A stretch of 64,000 bases of DNA from Myxococcota bacterium (GCA_041687695.1 JAWLBL010000019.1:1-64000); one strand, 5' to 3'. Shown: positions 10,974 through 21,355, counted from the stretch's first letter. Numbers and translations: made by a program. Notes: generated by a model not told the origin, from the letters alone.

Positions 10974-11048
10974 TGGTAGGCACGGGCGGGATTGAACCGC
11001 CGACCCCTACCGCGTCAAGGTAGTGCTCTCCCACTGAGCTACGTGCCT
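10974..11048 (-). tRNA. tRNA-Val(GAC)
   Basis: Minus strand AGGCACGTAGCTCAGTGGGAGAGCACTACCTTGACGCGGTAGGGGTCGGCGGTTCAATCCCGCCCGTGCCTACCA; anticodon GAC. Confidence 0.97.
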
Positions 11049-11077
11049 ACAAGGTGGGACCCGCTCGACCGGGCGGC

Positions 11078-11106
11078 AGAGTGCGCACGAGGCGCGCTGC
11101 TGTCAA
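11078..11106 (-). promoter_or_regulatory. Putative sigma-70 promoter for tRNA-Val/rpmI/rplT
   Basis: TTGACA (11106-11101), 17-nt spacer, CACTCT (11083-11078), about 30 nt upstream of the tRNA. Confidence 0.55.
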
Positions 11107-11296
11107 GCCTGTTTTTTGCCGAGTCTCGAAGCCGCGCTGTCAAAGACGTCGCCCCCGGAGGGGCGGCCACCACAGGCCGGGGAAGCTAGCGGCCTCGGTT
11201 CGGGCCGTCAAGCAAGAAAGCATGCCGCGGCGTGGGGGGCGCGACGCGCGGCGGGGCGCCTTGTTCTGGTAACGCGCGCGCGGTAAGAGCGGTGAC

Positions 11297-11821
11297 ATGG
11301 ACGGGACGGACAACGGCCGCGGAGCGCGGCGTCGCGGGACCTGGGTGAAGGCGGGCGACGCGCTGCCGGAGCGGTGGCGCGCCTTCGAACACACCTGGGA
11401 GCGGCTGGTCGGGGCGACGCTGGCGGACGCGACCGTCCTGTCCGGGCTCAGCGACGACGGGCGGCTGCGGGTCATGGCGATGAACGACGCGGCGCGGCGC
11501 GAGGTCGAGGCGCGAGCGCACCACATCATCGCCTCGTGGAACGCCGTGGCGCGGTCGCTGGGCGCTCGGCTGGCGGGCGAGCTGGTGTGCTGGGTCCGGC
11601 CGGGGCTGGTCAAGCGCCGGCGCCCCACGCTCGAGGCTCCGCCGCCCCCGCCCATCGGGGCCGATGCCCTGGCGCAGGCCGAGGCCGAGGTGGCCGGGGT
11701 CGCTGATCCAGCGCTACGCGCGGCGCTGGCGCGGGCTCGCGCCCGGGCGCTCGAAAGCCAGGCGACACGCGGTGGGGCCGGTGATAGCTTCGGCGGCAAC
11801 GGCAAGGGGAGTCGCAGATGA
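11297..11821 (+). CDS. DciA/DUF721-like protein
   Basis: WERLVG...DGRLRV...II...N pattern typical of DUF721. Confidence 0.55.
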   Translation: MDGTDNGRGARRRGTWVKAGDALPERWRAFEHTWERLVGATLADATVLSGLSDDGRLRVMAMNDAARREVEARAHHIIASWNAVARSLGARLAGELVCWVRPGLVKRRRPTLEAPPPPPIGADALAQAEAEVAGVADPALRAALARARARALESQATRGGAGDSFGGNGKGSRR

Positions 11822-13077
11822 TCATGATGGGACGTGGCGTGGGAGCCTCCTTGGGGGCGAGTGTCCGGGGCCTGGGCCTCGTGGTGGCGGTGGCGCTCGG
11901 CGCGTGCGGGGACTCCGATCAGCTGGTCCGCGACACGTCGGGATCCGACGACGGCAAGGAGCAGGACGCCGCGGGCGACGGCACGTCCGACGCGGTCGAG
12001 GACGCGACGGTCGACCCGCTGACGCTCTTGCCGCTCGCCTGCAGCGACACCAAGCCGTGCGGCGGCGTCAGGGTGTGCCGCTCCGGCGTCTGCGTCGGGG
12101 ACCCGCCCACGACGTCGATCGCGAGCATCACCGATCCCGTCGGTGACAAGCCCACGTCGACGCCGCCCAATCTCGGCTGCGTGGGGGCCGTCCCTGGAAC
12201 GCCCGAGGGCCCCGAGACGGCCACGCTCTTCGGGGCGGTGGCGCGCTTCGGCTCGGGAGACAAGACGAACGGCATGATCGTGGACGTCTTCCTGGCCGAC
12301 ACGTTCGATCCGTCGGGCTGCGAGGCCGAGGCGTCGGACAAGGCCAAGCGCGACTGCTACGACGCCTACGGGACGCCGATCGGCTCGGCCACCAGCGCGC
12401 CGGCCACGCCGGACCACGTGCCCGACGAGTGCCTGGCGCATGCGGACTGCCCGCTGGGGTTCCGGTGCGTCGCCGGTGATCTGGGCAAGGAGTGCCTCGA
12501 GCAGTACGGGGTCTTCGAGATCCCGGACGTCCCCACGAACACGATGCTGGTCATCCGGACCAGGCCGCCGGCTGGCGCGTCCTCGGCCTGGCACACGACA
12601 TGGGCGTTCAACGTCTACCTGTACGCGGACCAGGTCGACGGCCAGGGCCGCGCCCACTACGACGCCACGATCGTGTCCCACGGCCAGTGGCTGAACACGC
12701 CCAACACGGTGAAGCTGCCGGAGATCCCCGAGACCCGCGGCGTGGTCGGCGGGCGCATCCGCGACTGCCGCGTGGGAGGCGAGCGCAACAGCTGGGCCAT
12801 GGCCGAGGCCAGCCTGGGCCTTGCCAACGCCCCCAAGAAGTTCGTTTACTTCAACAATCTGGAGGACGACACCGTGCCTCTGGAGAGTCGGGTCACGACG
12901 AACATCCTCGGCCGGTTCGCGGCGCTCGACGTGCCCGTCGGGTGGAACCTGCTGTCCGGGGCGGTGCGGGTGGGTGACGAGGTCGTCAGCATCGGCGCCA
13001 CCCGGGTGTACGTCTTCCCATACGGCCTGAGCGTCGTCTCGACGCCGGGTCTGGCGCCCCACTGGGTCCAACAGTAG
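11818..13077 (+). CDS. Hypothetical Cys-containing lipoprotein
   Basis: Lipobox LGAC, acidic linker, Cys-rich modules; ATGA overlap with the upstream gene. Confidence 0.75.
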   Translation: MIMMGRGVGASLGASVRGLGLVVAVALGACGDSDQLVRDTSGSDDGKEQDAAGDGTSDAVEDATVDPLTLLPLACSDTKPCGGVRVCRSGVCVGDPPTTSIASITDPVGDKPTSTPPNLGCVGAVPGTPEGPETATLFGAVARFGSGDKTNGMIVDVFLADTFDPSGCEAEASDKAKRDCYDAYGTPIGSATSAPATPDHVPDECLAHADCPLGFRCVAGDLGKECLEQYGVFEIPDVPTNTMLVIRTRPPAGASSAWHTTWAFNVYLYADQVDGQGRAHYDATIVSHGQWLNTPNTVKLPEIPETRGVVGGRIRDCRVGGERNSWAMAEASLGLANAPKKFVYFNNLEDDTVPLESRVTTNILGRFAALDVPVGWNLLSGAVRVGDEVVSIGATRVYVFPYGLSVVSTPGLAPHWVQQ

Positions 13078-13122
13078 GGCACGAGCGAGCGGCCCCTGGG
13101 GGTCGCTCCAGCAGGAGTCGAC

Positions 13123-13791
13123 ATGATCGCGCGCGCACGGGTCCTCACCATCACCGGCTGCCTCGGGCTGATGTCCTTGTCGGCCTGCGAGCCCGACAAG
13201 CCGGCCTTCGAGCCGAGCGTCCGCAGCAACGTCCAGGTGGCGCTGCCCGCCAAGCCGGAGCTGAAGGTCCGCGAGTACAAGAAGGCGCACGACGACGGCG
13301 CCCTGACGGTGGAGGGGCTCGTGCGCCAGCGCAAGAGCTACCTCGGCAAGGAGGTCATGGTCCGCGGCGTGGTCGTGGAGCTGGTCCACTGCCCCGACCC
13401 GACCCCCGAGGAGATCGCGGCCTACGACGCCGAGCAGCTCCGCAAGCGAGAGGAGCTGATCAAGCGCTACGGCAAGAAGAAGGTGGACGAGCAGGTGCCG
13501 CCGCCCAAGCCCTTCCAGCGGGCGCGCACCTGCAACCCCAAGCCGCAGGCCCTGCTGGCCGACGTGAGCAAGGGCGACCGCCACAAGCTGCTGGTCGCGG
13601 GCTCGATGTACAGCCCGCTGGCCGATCTCGAGCTGGGGGCGACCGCCACGCTGACCGGGCGCTTCGAGATCTCGAGCCCCGACGGGCTGTACGTCAGCCA
13701 GATGGGCGTCATGAACCTCGAGGACAAGCCCGAGCCGCCGGCCGCGCAGGTCGAGGGCGAGGGCGACGGCGACGGCGACGGCGCCGAGTAG
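13123..13791 (+). CDS. Hypothetical lipoprotein (possible OB-fold)
   Basis: AGGAG RBS; lipobox LSAC; YLGKEVMVRGVV motif resembles OB-fold lipoproteins. Confidence 0.7.
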   Translation: MIARARVLTITGCLGLMSLSACEPDKPAFEPSVRSNVQVALPAKPELKVREYKKAHDDGALTVEGLVRQRKSYLGKEVMVRGVVVELVHCPDPTPEEIAAYDAEQLRKREELIKRYGKKKVDEQVPPPKPFQRARTCNPKPQALLADVSKGDRHKLLVAGSMYSPLADLELGATATLTGRFEISSPDGLYVSQMGVMNLEDKPEPPAAQVEGEGDGDGDGAE

Positions 13792-13867
13792 GCGAGGGCG
13801 GGCACGGTCCGCCCAGAGCACCCCGAGAGGGCCCCGCCGAAGCTCGGCGCGGGCCCTCCTCCGTGGG

Positions 13868-14794
13868 TCAGGCCTTCGACTTGCGCCAGAGCGGCTCGCC
13901 CATGCGGTGGAAGTGCCGCGTGGTCGTCTGAGCCAGGGCCAGGTTCGGGTCGGCGACGAGCATCACCACGGTCGAGCCCAGGTTGAACACGCCCAGCTCG
14001 TCGCCCCGGCGGACCGGGATCGGCTCGGGCGGGACGACGTGCTGCGGCGCGCCGCCCGTGTTGGTCGTCAGCTCGGTGAAGCTGAGGGTGATGCGGCCCA
14101 CGTTCGCGGCGCCGACCAGGACGACGGCCACCGGGCCGAAGCGCTCGGAGTCGATGAGCACGACCACGCGCTCGTTGACGGCGAAGAGCTGATCGACCTG
14201 CCGGACCGCGATGCTGTTGACCGGGTACAGCTTGCCCGGGATGTAGCGCCAGGCGCGGATCGTGCCGTCGACGGGGCAGTGGACGCGGTGGTAGAGCGCC
14301 GGGCTGAGGTAGAGCGTCGCGTGGACGCCCTTGCGGAAGGGGGCGGCGTCCTCGAGCGAGCCCAGCAGGGCGTCGACCGAGTAGCTGCGGCCCTTGATCT
14401 GCTCCAAGCGGGCGTTGGCGGGGATGGTGCCGGCCGAGGCCTGGAACGAGTCGGCGGGCGAGACGATGACGTCGCCGCCGCTCGCGATGGGGCGCGCGCC
14501 GTCGCGCAGGTGGCGGGTGAAGAAGTCGTTGAAGGTCTCGAAGGCCTCGATCGGCTGCGCGACCTGGCCCATGTCGACGTCGTACAGGCGGATGTAGCCC
14601 TCGATGAGGCGACGGAGCACGGGGGCCGGCAGGCGCAGGTCGGCGAGGCGCGCCATCGCGCGGCTCAGGGCCGGCGTGGAGGCCGCCTCGACGAAGGCCC
14701 GCTCGGCGGCGACGCGCAGCGCGTCCTGGTGGCCGGCGAGGCCGCGCTGGAGCCCGCGGGCCACCTTGTCCCACAGCGGCGCGACGGCGGTCAT
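13868..14794 (-). CDS. psd: Phosphatidylserine decarboxylase proenzyme
   Basis: FNDFFTR, SPAD, YLSPALYHRVHCP, NER, FNLGST autocleavage motif; start MTAVAP at 14794 overlaps the upstream stop. Confidence 0.93.
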   Translation of the reverse strand: MTAVAPLWDKVARGLQRGLAGHQDALRVAAERAFVEAASTPALSRAMARLADLRLPAPVLRRLIEGYIRLYDVDMGQVAQPIEAFETFNDFFTRHLRDGARPIASGGDVIVSPADSFQASAGTIPANARLEQIKGRSYSVDALLGSLEDAAPFRKGVHATLYLSPALYHRVHCPVDGTIRAWRYIPGKLYPVNSIAVRQVDQLFAVNERVVVLIDSERFGPVAVVLVGAANVGRITLSFTELTTNTGGAPQHVVPPEPIPVRRGDELGVFNLGSTVVMLVADPNLALAQTTTRHFHRMGEPLWRKSKA

Positions 14795-15573
14795 TCCGTC
14801 AGGTCCACGTTGGTCACGACGGTGCCCGTCAGCGTGCCGGACAGCTCGAAGGTGTCGCCCTCGCCGTCGTTGTCGGTGTCGACGGCCGGGACGCCGGCGC
14901 CCTCGAGCAGCTCGAGCAGGTCGAGGCGGATGCTGTTCTCGGGGTCCTCGGGGTCGAGCAGGACATCGAGGCCGGCGGCGTTGGTCTTGGTGATGCCGCC
15001 GGTGAGGTTCGCCGGCGCCAGCGTCGTCACGTCGGCGTCGATGACGCCGGTGACGTCCAGCGTCGACACGACGATGGGCTTGGAGACCGTCGCCGGGTTC
15101 AGGGTGATCTGGGCGTCGCCGACGGTGACGAACTGGCAGCCGTCGAACTGCAGGTTGAGCGTCGACGGGGTCTCGCCCCACTTGTAGACGTCTTCCTCGA
15201 TGACGCCGGTGCCGACCGAGACCTGGGCCGCGCCGGTCGCCGCGTCGTAGGCCGCGATGTGGAAGAGCAGGATGAAGCGCCCGACCTCGATGTCCTTGGC
15301 CCAGAGATCGTTGATGATGTCCTTGAGGGCGTCGGGCTGCTCGAGGACGAGGCTGTCCACGAAGAACGTGGTGCCGACCGGATCCTTGGCCAGCTCGCAG
15401 TCGGTGCCCACGGCCTCGGGGGAGGCGTCGCCGCCGGTGTCGGTGGTGGCGTCCTGGGTGTCGGTGACCGGGGTGGTGCTGCCCGAGTCGTCGTCGCAGG
15501 CGGCGGCGGGCAGGGCCAGGCAGGCGGCCAGGGCCAGGGCGCGGAGGTTCGAGGGGCGGTTGGTCAGGCGCAT
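14791..15573 (-). CDS. Hypothetical acidic lipoprotein
   Basis: Signal peptide ending AAAC followed by Asp/Thr-rich linker. Confidence 0.7.
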   Translation of the reverse strand: MRLTNRPSNLRALALAACLALPAAACDDDSGSTTPVTDTQDATTDTGGDASPEAVGTDCELAKDPVGTTFFVDSLVLEQPDALKDIINDLWAKDIEVGRFILLFHIAAYDAATGAAQVSVGTGVIEEDVYKWGETPSTLNLQFDGCQFVTVGDAQITLNPATVSKPIVVSTLDVTGVIDADVTTLAPANLTGGITKTNAAGLDVLLDPEDPENSIRLDLLELLEGAGVPAVDTDNDGEGDTFELSGTLTGTVVTNVDLTE

Positions 15574-15604
15574 GGGGGCTCCGGGAGCGTCCGAGCGGCG
15601 AGGC

Positions 15605-16525
15605 TCAGAGCGTGAAGGCGTCGAAGGCGGTGAGTCCGAGGAAGTCGTCGTAGCGCTGGCGGACCGCGGGCAGGTCGACCTTGCGCAGGCGCTCCAAGCT
15701 GAAGCCCTCGACGCAGAAGCTGGCCATCAGGCTGCCGACCACGGCGGCGCGCCTCATGTTGTCGGGCGTGAAGTCACCCGTGGCGGCGAGGTAGCCGACG
15801 AAGCCGCCCGCGAAGGTGTCGCCGGCGCCGGTCGGGTCGACCACGTTCTCGAGCGGGTAGGCCGGGACGTAGAAGGTGTCGTCGCCGTTGAACATCAGGG
15901 CGCCGTGCTCGCCGCGCTTGATGACGACCAGCTCGGGGCCGAGGGCCTGGATGGCCTTGGCGGCCGTGCGCATGGCGCGCTTGCCGGTCAGCTGGCGGGC
16001 CTCCTCGTCGTTGAGGAAGACGGCGTCGACCCGGCGGAGGACGCGCTCGAGGTCGCCCTTGGCGGTGTCGATCCACAGGTTCATCGTGTCGGCGGCGACG
16101 AAGCGCGGGCTGGCCACCTGCTCGAGGACGGTGTGCTGCAGCGTCGGCTGGATGTTGCCGAGGAACAGGATCGGCGTCGCGCGGTAGGCGTCGGGCAGCA
16201 CCGGCGCGAACGTCTCGAAGACGTTCAGGGCCGTGAAGAGCGTGTCACGCCCGTTCATGTCGTCGTGGTAGCGGCCGCCCCAGCGGAAGGTGCGGCCGGG
16301 GGCGCGCTGCAGGCCCTCGAGGCCGACCTGGTGCGCCTCGAGCAGGGCGACGTCCTCGGCGCGGAAGTCCTCGCCGACCACGGCGACCAGCGAGGTCTTG
16401 GTGAACAGTGAGGCGGCGACCGAGAAGAACGTGGCGGAGCCGCCCAGCACGTCCTCGCGCTTGCCCCAGGCGGTCTCGACCGAGTCGTAGGCGACGGAGC
16501 CGACGGCGACGACGCTATTGGCCAT
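15605..16525 (-). CDS. PfkB-family sugar/nucleoside kinase
   Basis: GGSATFF N-terminal motif and DPTGAGDTFAGG PfkB signature. Confidence 0.92.
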   Translation of the reverse strand: MANSVVAVGSVAYDSVETAWGKREDVLGGSATFFSVAASLFTKTSLVAVVGEDFRAEDVALLEAHQVGLEGLQRAPGRTFRWGGRYHDDMNGRDTLFTALNVFETFAPVLPDAYRATPILFLGNIQPTLQHTVLEQVASPRFVAADTMNLWIDTAKGDLERVLRRVDAVFLNDEEARQLTGKRAMRTAAKAIQALGPELVVIKRGEHGALMFNGDDTFYVPAYPLENVVDPTGAGDTFAGGFVGYLAATGDFTPDNMRRAAVVGSLMASFCVEGFSLERLRKVDLPAVRQRYDDFLGLTAFDAFTL

Positions 16526-17402
16526 TGTGAGAGGCTCCGTGGTGCGCCCGATCGTCGAGCAGGAGGCCGAGGCGCGAGCGGACCTCGGGGGTGATGGTGT
16601 GCGTCATGACGGCGTGCTCGAGCGCCGACCACGTGGGGGAGGGTGGCAGGTCCGCGATGCGCGGGATGGCCGCGCGGACCAGGCGCTGGGCGCGCTCGAC
16701 GTTCTTCTTCATGACGGCGAGCACGGCCGAGACGGTGACCGCCTCCTCGCTCTCGTGCCAGCAGTCGTAGTCGGTGGCCATCGCGATGGTGGCGTAGGCC
16801 ATCTGGGCCTCGCGGGCGAGGCGCGCCTCGGGCAGGTTGGTCATGCCGATGACGTCGGCGCCCCAGCTGCGGTACAGGAGCGACTCGGCGCGCGTCGAGA
16901 ACGTCGGGCCGTCGATGACGACGTAGGTGCCCTCGGGGTGGAAGGGCAGGTGCTCGGCCTCGGCGGCCTGCGTCAGGGCCTGGCGAAGCACGGGGCAGCA
17001 CGGGTCGCCGAAGCCCACGTGGCCGACGACGCCCTGGTCGAAGAAGGTCGACGTCCGGGCGCGCGTGCGGTCGATGAACTGGTCGACCAGGACGAGCTCG
17101 CCGGGCTGGATGCCCTCGCGCAGCGAGCCGACGGCGCTGACCGAGACGACCCACCGGACGCCGAGCGACTTGAGCGCCCAGACGTTGGCCCGGTAGTTGA
17201 TGTCGTGCGGCGGGTGCCGGTGTCCCCGTCCGTGCCTCGGCAAGAAGGCCACGGCCTGGCCCTCGAGCTGCCCGACCATCAGGGCGTCCGAAGGCTCGCC
17301 GAAGGGCGTCGGCACCCAGACCTCTCGGAGATCGGAGACGCCGGCCATCTCGTACAGGCCGCTGCCGCCGATGATCCCGATCGTCGCTTGGCTCGCTGTC
17401 AT
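16515..17402 (-). CDS. mtnP: S-methyl-5'-thioadenosine phosphorylase
   Basis: IGIIGGSGLY, TPFGEPS, FLPRHG, GPTFSTRAES, GMTNLPEA, TDYDCWH. Confidence 0.95.
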   Translation of the reverse strand: MTASQATIGIIGGSGLYEMAGVSDLREVWVPTPFGEPSDALMVGQLEGQAVAFLPRHGRGHRHPPHDINYRANVWALKSLGVRWVVSVSAVGSLREGIQPGELVLVDQFIDRTRARTSTFFDQGVVGHVGFGDPCCPVLRQALTQAAEAEHLPFHPEGTYVVIDGPTFSTRAESLLYRSWGADVIGMTNLPEARLAREAQMAYATIAMATDYDCWHESEEAVTVSAVLAVMKKNVERAQRLVRAAIPRIADLPPSPTWSALEHAVMTHTITPEVRSRLGLLLDDRAHHGASHNGQ

Positions 17403-17455
17403 GCGCTCGTTTCCCCCTCGCGTGGCTCGCCGACTACCACCGTCGCGCCGTCATT

Positions 17456-18235
17456 TCAACGGATCGCGTCACGCGGGTCGCGGGTGGACGTCAACGGCTC
17501 CTCGCGCAGGACGTCCGATCCGAGCGCGTCGCGGAGGGCCGCGCAGGCGAGCGTGACCGCGTCGGGGTCGACGGACTCGACGGTCAGGCGCAGGTGCCAC
17601 CGGCCGGCCTCGAGGCGCGGGTACGAGCCGATCTCGACGTCGGGGTGCGCGGCGACCACGCGATCGAGGGCCTCGCAGATGGTGGCCTCGTCGGCGCCCA
17701 GGTGCAGCGCGGCGTTCCAGACCTCGCGCCCCGCGAAGAGGTGCTCGATGTCCTTGAACTTGGCGGCGAGCAGGCTCGGGACGCCGGGGAAGATGTAGAC
17801 GTTGCGCACGACCACCGTGGGCCAGGGCAGGCTGACGGCGCCCAGCAGGCGCCCGCCGTCGGGGATGCGCGCCATGCGGCGGTGTCCCTCGGTCAGGCCG
17901 TCGCCCAGGTGACGCTGCATGCGCGCGAGCAGCTCGGGATCGTCGACCAGGGGCACGTCGAAGGCTCGCGCCACGGCCGTCATCGTCACGTCGTCGTGGG
18001 TCGGGCCGACGCCGCCGCTGGTCATCACGAAGTCGAAGCGGTCCGACTGCTCGCGCACGGTGGCGGCGATCTCGTCGAGATCGTCCTCGATCATCGCGAG
18101 GCGGGCGAGGCGCGTGCCGAGCGCGCGGAAGCGCCGGATGAAGAAGCCGGCGTTCTGCTCGACCACCTTGCCGCTCAGGACCTCGTTGCCGATGATCACC
18201 ACACCGGCCGTGGGCCGCCCGTCGGACCGCATCAC
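17456..18235 (-). CDS. CinA-like molybdopterin-binding domain protein
   Basis: IIGNEVLSG, SGGVGPTHDDVT, FPGVP, IGSYP. Confidence 0.88.
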   Translation of the reverse strand: MMRSDGRPTAGVVIIGNEVLSGKVVEQNAGFFIRRFRALGTRLARLAMIEDDLDEIAATVREQSDRFDFVMTSGGVGPTHDDVTMTAVARAFDVPLVDDPELLARMQRHLGDGLTEGHRRMARIPDGGRLLGAVSLPWPTVVVRNVYIFPGVPSLLAAKFKDIEHLFAGREVWNAALHLGADEATICEALDRVVAAHPDVEIGSYPRLEAGRWHLRLTVESVDPDAVTLACAALRDALGSDVLREEPLTSTRDPRDAIR

Positions 18236-18239
18236 CGCC

Positions 18240-18632
18240 TCAGAGCTTGTGGACGTGCTTGTAGCGCCCGGTCGCCTCGAGGGCGCCCAGATCGCGCGCG
18301 AAGCGCAGCTGCCAGTCGCCCTCGAGCGTCTGCACCGTCGCGGCCGCGCAGCCGTTCTTCTTCAGCCACGACAGATCGTGCCCGCGCACGAAGTCGACCA
18401 GGGCCTCCTTGCTGTCGAAGCGCTTGCGGTCGATGTGGCCGCAGTTGGGGCAGAAGGGCACGAAGTCGCCCTCGCGCGTGTAGAAGGCGGCGGTGCAGAC
18501 GTAGCAAGCCAGGTCCACCACGTCCTCGACCGGCTCGCCTCGGTCGTCCACGTAGCGGCCGCCCTCGTACTCGAGCTCGAAGTGGCGCGACTTGCCGAAG
18601 CAGACCATCTCCATGCCGATCAGGTGTCTCAC
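18240..18632 (-). CDS. Hypothetical zinc-ribbon protein
   Basis: CYVC...CPNC pair; host-like codon bias; operonic with its neighbours. Confidence 0.65.
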   Translation of the reverse strand: MRHLIGMEMVCFGKSRHFELEYEGGRYVDDRGEPVEDVVDLACYVCTAAFYTREGDFVPFCPNCGHIDRKRFDSKEALVDFVRGHDLSWLKKNGCAAATVQTLEGDWQLRFARDLGALEATGRYKHVHKL

Positions 18633-18696
18633 CGCAACCTCGCTGGGGGTGGAGAGCCGGCCCGGGACACGGGCGGCTCCGTTGAGGGCTTGGAGT

Positions 18697-19665
18697 CTAC
18701 GGCGTGCGGGGCTTGCGCGTGAAGTCGTGCTTGGCCGTGACCCAGCGGACCGTGCCCGAGGTCGAGCGCATCACGAGCGACTGCGTGGTCGCGCCTCGGC
18801 GGCCGAAGCGCACCCCGTCGAGCAGATCGCCGTCGGTGACGCCGGTCGCCGAGAAGATGACGTCGCCCGAGGCGAGGTCGTCGAGCGCGAACACGCGATC
18901 CGGGTCGCTCAGGCCCATCGCGATGGCGCGCTGGCGCTCGCCGGGGTTGCGGAACTTGAGGCGGCCCTGGATGTCGCCGCCCAACGCCAGCAACGCGGCG
19001 GCCGCCAGGACGCCCTCGGGCGCGCCGCCGATGCCCATCAGGACGTCGACGGGCGAGTCCGGGACGGCCGCGGAGATGGCGGCCGAGACGTCGCCGTCGC
19101 GGATGAGGCGGATGCGGCAGCCGAGGGCCCGGACCTCTTCGATGAGGTCGGCGTGGCGCGGCCGGTCGATGATGCAAACGGTGATGTCGCTGAGCGGCAT
19201 CCGCTTGCAGTCCGCGATGCGGCCCAGGTTCTCCTCGGCGGACCTGGTGATGTCGATGATCCCCCGGCACTCGGGGCCGACGGCGATCTTCTCCATGTAG
19301 GTGTCGGGCGCGTGGAGCAGCTTGCCGGGCTCCGCGATGGCCAGGACCGCGAGGGCGTTGGAGCCGCCGCAGGCCGTGATGGTCGTGCCCTCGAGCGGGT
19401 CCACCGCGATGTCGCAGGGGTCGGACTCGGGGTGGTCGTCGCCGAGCCGCTCGCCGATGTAGAGCATCGGCGCCTCGTCAATCTCGCCCTCGCCGATGAC
19501 GACGGTGCCGCGGATGGCCACGAAGTTGAACTCCCGGCGCATCGCCTCGACGGCCGCGCGGTCGGCCGCCTCCTCGTCGCCGCGCCCCATCCAGCGCGCC
19601 GCCGCGATGGCCGCCGCCTCGGTCACGCGCACCATCTCCATCGCCAGGTAGCGTTCCATCGCCAA
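18697..19665 (-). CDS. glpX: Fructose-1,6-bisphosphatase class II
   Basis: VRVTEAAA, VIGEGEIDEAPML, AVDPLEGT, DGDV, GGAPEG, TGVTDG. Confidence 0.96.
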   Translation of the reverse strand: MAMERYLAMEMVRVTEAAAIAAARWMGRGDEEAADRAAVEAMRREFNFVAIRGTVVIGEGEIDEAPMLYIGERLGDDHPESDPCDIAVDPLEGTTITACGGSNALAVLAIAEPGKLLHAPDTYMEKIAVGPECRGIIDITRSAEENLGRIADCKRMPLSDITVCIIDRPRHADLIEEVRALGCRIRLIRDGDVSAAISAAVPDSPVDVLMGIGGAPEGVLAAAALLALGGDIQGRLKFRNPGERQRAIAMGLSDPDRVFALDDLASGDVIFSATGVTDGDLLDGVRFGRRGATTQSLVMRSTSGTVRWVTAKHDFTRKPRTP

Positions 19666-19697
19666 CGTTCCTCGGCAGTTACAGGATGAGGGGCAGC

Positions 19698-20444
19698 CTA
19701 CCCGTCGCCCCTCGGCGCAGGCAAGGAAGCGCGCCGGGACAGCTCCTCGAGGACCCGGGCGGCGCGGGGGACGTCGCCGACGATCCAGCGATCGAGGACG
19801 GCGGCGCGCTCGTCGGGGGCGAGGTCGCCGTCCGGCCCGCGCAGGTCGTCGAGCCGCGCGCGCAGGTGCGACAGGGCGATGGCGAAGGCGACGGAGATGT
19901 TGAGCGACTCGACGAAGCCGGCCATCGGGATGGCCATGCGGCCGTCGGCCAGGGCGCGCAGGGTGGGGGAGATGCCCTCGTGCTCGTTGCCGAAGGCCAC
20001 GCAGAGCGGCGCGTCGACCGGCAGGCGGTGCAAGGGGGTGGGCGGTGGCTCGCCGCCGAGGTCGGTCGCGACGATCCGGTAGCCGTCGGCGCGCAGGGCG
20101 GTGACGGCGTCCTCGGTGGTCGCGTGGTAGTGCAGCGTGATCCAGCGATCGGCGCCGCGGCTGACGTCGCGCGAGATCCGCTGCGGCCGGCCGCGCGGCG
20201 GGACCAGGTGCAGGTGCTGCACGCCGAAGGCGTCGCAGGTGCGCATGCAGGCGGCGACGTTGTGCGGATCGTGCACGCCCTCGATGAGGGCGGTCAGGGA
20301 TCGCGTGCGACGCGCCAGGACCTCCTGCAGGCGATCCATGCGCTCGGGGAGCACGAAGGCGGCGAGGTGGCGCGTCGCGTTGCCCGGCACCTCGAGGTGG
20401 AGCGGTGGGCCCTCCGGGAGCGGTTGGTGCTTCGGGCGCTTCAT
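19698..20444 (-). CDS. TrmH/SpoU-family RNA methyltransferase
   Basis: DPHNVAACMRTCDAFG, FGNEHEG, IPMAGFVESLNISVA. Confidence 0.92.
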   Translation of the reverse strand: MKRPKHQPLPEGPPLHLEVPGNATRHLAAFVLPERMDRLQEVLARRTRSLTALIEGVHDPHNVAACMRTCDAFGVQHLHLVPPRGRPQRISRDVSRGADRWITLHYHATTEDAVTALRADGYRIVATDLGGEPPPTPLHRLPVDAPLCVAFGNEHEGISPTLRALADGRMAIPMAGFVESLNISVAFAIALSHLRARLDDLRGPDGDLAPDERAAVLDRWIVGDVPRAARVLEELSRRASLPAPRGDG

Positions 20445-21355
20445 CGCTGGCGGCTCACGAGGCCTCGGAGGACGGCACCGGCCATCGACGGGTTCTCCTT
20501 CAAGCGGCGCAGCGAGTAGGCGTACCAGGCCGGCCCGAACGGGACGTACAGGCGGACGGGGTGGCCGGCGGCGCGCAGCTCGGACAGGGTCTTGAGGATG
20601 GGGACGCCCAGTAGGGCCTGGAACTCGACGTGGGCCGCCGGCAGGCCGAGCTCGGCGACCAGGCGGCGACCGCCGGCGATGAGCGCGGCGTCATGGGTGG
20701 CCAGGCGGAGCCGGACGCCGCCCTCGAGCAGGATGCGGGCGACGGCCATGTAATTGAGGCGGACGCCTTCGTACTCCTGCCAGGCGCGATCGGGCGGCTC
20801 GACGTAGATGCCCTTGCACAGGCGCACGTCGTGGTGGGGCTCGCCGGCGAGGGCGGCGGCGTCCAGGCGCGTGCGGAAGAGCGTGGCCTGAAGGACGCAG
20901 CCGACGCCGCCCGGGTGTCGCTCGCGCAGCGCGCGGTAGGACGCGAGGATGGCGTCGGTGGTCGACGCGTCCTCCATGTCCAGGCGCACGAAGACGCCGC
21001 GATCGGCGGCCGCCTGGGCGACGTGGGCTACCCGCGCGTGGGCCGCCGAGGCGTCGGCGCGCAGGCCGAACTGGGTGGGCTTGAGGCTCACCGAGACGCG
21101 CTCGGCGCCGCCGCGCCAGGAGGGGATGGCGGCGAGCAGCTCGAGGTAGGCCGCCACCGAGCGATCGGCCTCGTCGGGGGTCTCGACGTCCTCGCCGAGG
21201 ATGTCGATGGTCGCGTTGAACCCCTGGTCGACCAGGCCCTCGACGGTGGCGCGGGCCGCGTCCAGGTCGTCGCCGGCGATGTAACGACGCGCGACCGTCC
21301 CGACGAGCGAGCGCGGCATCCACGGGAGCGTCTTGGCCACCAGGCGGTTGAGCAC
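20441..21355 (-). CDS. Monofunctional proline dehydrogenase
   Basis: RRYIAG, DILGE, SLKPTQ, DMED, RLCKGIY, ATHD, YVPFG...YSLRRLKENP. Confidence 0.93.
   Translation of the reverse strand: MLNRLVAKTLPWMPRSLVGTVARRYIAGDDLDAARATVEGLVDQGFNATIDILGEDVETPDEADRSVAAYLELLAAIPSWRGGAERVSVSLKPTQFGLRADASAAHARVAHVAQAAADRGVFVRLDMEDASTTDAILASYRALRERHPGGVGCVLQATLFRTRLDAAALAGEPHHDVRLCKGIYVEPPDRAWQEYEGVRLNYMAVARILLEGGVRLRLATHDAALIAGGRRLVAELGLPAAHVEFQALLGVPILKTLSELRAAGHPVRLYVPFGPAWYAYSLRRLKENPSMAGAVLRGLVSRQR

Noticed and set aside
15605..17402. mtnP and PfkB kinase as dedicated SAM by-product salvage for the rSAM cluster
   Set aside because: About 10 kb away within a housekeeping operon; nothing in the sequence links them to the cluster.
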